A DNA stretch of 64,000 nucleotides from Centroscyllium fabricii (lineage: Eukaryota), in NCBI GenBank assembly GCA_051313645.2, contig JBNRSN020000009.1, positions 104,408,001 through 104,472,000 on the forward strand. The letters are read 5' to 3'. Under the pieces are notes generated by a model, which made no database searches, had not been told where the DNA came from, and worked only from the letters and a program-made list of their open reading frames with translations. The position numbers were made by a program, and so were the translations under genes. Each line of letters begins with the position of its first letter. Position 1 is the stretch's first letter. Positions 62,081 to 64,000 of this stretch are shown piece after piece.

Positions 62081-62962
62081 GAACCATGGACAAGTGAGAG
62101 GGGTACCAGATTTTAAATGCACCCATGAAACCCTGTACTATCCAGGAGTTAAAATCTTCTGTAAAAGAAAGGAAGGTCATTTGCAGGAAGAGAGAAAAAA
62201 AAATGAATTTGTTTTTCTTTTTAACAGTTGTGAATTTGCAGTGGAACACTGCCTGTTCCAATAGTTGTACTGAGTTTCACTTTCTTGACAACATAGTCCA
62301 AAAGATGGCAGTCTTCACTAAATAAAGCACAGAGACTATATATAGCAGTGGTTATTCCGGTCCATTCACTGAATAATCACCTGATTTTGTATTAATTCAC
62401 AGTGACTCCTGCTCCTGGGCAAGGTACGGCTAAAGATCTGTGCAGATAAAATATTCATTCATTGTTGGATGTCTAAACTTTACACAGGTTCCCAGCTATT
62501 GATGAGAACCTATATGCTGTTTTGCAGCTGATGAATGTCTTGCCTGAAGCTGCCCTTTATCAGAGCACTGAAACAAGGTACATGCTGGCTTCATCCAGGA
62601 TTTATCCTATAACAGCAGCAATGGTGATAAATAACCATTTAAAAATCAAATTCTGACCAAGATCGTAACTATGCCTTGTGGCTTTCAAGCTATTTAAAAC
62701 AAAAACTGACATGAGAATTTTATATCGCCATTCTTCCCCCTCCCCAATTGCAACCTTTCCTGAAGATAGCGACTCATGCTGTAATATAGGGTAGAACTTT
62801 AAACTTTGATGGGGGTGTAAAATGGCGGTATTGGATCAGCTGCCCAGTATGCAGCTCACCCAATTTCCTAGCCACTGACTACAGAATGGGCGGCCGATTC
62901 GATTCCTGCAGCTTAATGCCTGCACTGAGGTTGAAAGTGCAGTCAATGGTTCAGTGAACATT

Positions 62963-64000
62963 GATGTGGAGGTGCCGGTGTTGGACTGGGGTAGACCAAT
63001 GTAAGAAGTCCCACAACACCAGGTTATAGTCCAACAGCTTTATTTGAAATCACAAGCTACTGGAGCGCTGCTCCTTCATCAGGTGAAGTGAACAGATGCA
63101 TATAGGCACAGCATATGTAGTCAGAAAACAATGCTAGATGATTACAGGTAACTTTTCCAACAGCCCCTTATCACACCTCAGCAGAGAGATAATCACCGCA
63201 ATCATGGGTGTAAATGGTGTCCAAACAGGTCAGTCAGCAAAACATTCCATCAAAGAACAATGAGGTGGGGTCACAAGAGGTCAAATGTTGCACATGCTGT
63301 ATGAAAAACAAACAAAGCAATAAAAAAAAGACAAAAAAAAATGTTTTGCTGGAAATCACAGCAGGTCCAGCCGCATCTGTGTCGAGAGAACAAGCCAACG
63401 ACGACTCGAGTCTGGATGACTCTATGTCAGGTGGGGTTACATGTAGCATGACATGAACCCAAGATCCCGGTTGAGGCTGTCCTCATGAGTGCGGAACTTG
63501 GCTATCAGTTTCTGCTCGACGATTTTGCGTTGTCGTGTGTCTCGAAGGCCTCCTTGGAGAATGCTTACCCGAAGATCAGAGGCTGAATGTCCCTGACTGC
63601 TGAAGTGTTCCCCGACTGGGAGGGAACACACCTGCCTGGCGATTGTTGTGCGGTGTCCGTTCATCTGTTGTCGCAGTGTCTGCATGGTCTCGCCGATGTA
63701 CCATGCCCCGGGGCATCCTTTCCTGCAACGTATGAGATAGACAACGTTGGCCGAGTCACATGAGTATGTACCATGGACCTGGTGTCCTCATGTGTGATGA
63801 TGGTATCTGTGTTGATGATCTGGCATGTCTTGCAGAGGTTGCCGTGGCAGGGTTGTGTGGTGTCATGGTTGCTGTTCTCCTGAAAGCTGGGTAATTTGCT
63901 GCGAATGATGGTCTGTTCGAGGTTAGGCGGCTGTTTGGAGGCGTGGTGATGGCCTTAGCGAGGTGTTTGTTGTCATCAATGACATGTTGAAGGCTGCGAA
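62963..64000 (-). mobile_element. Penelope-like element 3' part: GIY-YIG endonuclease remnant and terminal repeat
   Basis: Minus strand reads SANVVYLIRC..PGAWYIGETMQTLRQQMNGH...LNRD, with hammerhead-like remnants downstream. Confidence 0.85.

Noticed and set aside
1-64000. piRNA cluster or TE trap
   Set aside because: TE orientations are mixed, so it cannot be supported without small-RNA data.

Overview
Eukaryotic DNA, very likely elasmobranch (shark/ray) given HE1-type V-SINEs, HER1/CR1 LINEs and a Deu-type SINE. I recognise no host gene; the window is a stack of nested transposons. It holds five full-length but lesioned Ty3/Gypsy elements of one Mag-like lineage (E1 6535-11497, E2 12618-17370, E3 17690-27205, E4 19845-24703 nested in E3, E5 34066-38891 on the minus strand), a related solo LTR (59529-59799), a nearly intact CsRn1-clade element (50785-55237), CR1, L2, RTE-X and Crack-like LINE fragments, a Penelope remnant and many MITEs. 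Main finding: none of the Mag-like elements has a tRNA primer-binding site. In all five, the 13-14 nt after the 5' LTR are the exact reverse complement of that element's own poly(A)-signal segment, and the two arms co-vary between copies. This suggests self-primed reverse transcription and/or masking of the 5' poly(A) signal. The lineage also shares a U5-terminal hairpin, a hairpin over the polypurine tract, a YLDN RT motif and YY1-motif arrays within gag-pro. All coordinates and counts were read by eye, and family names are from recognition, not database searches.
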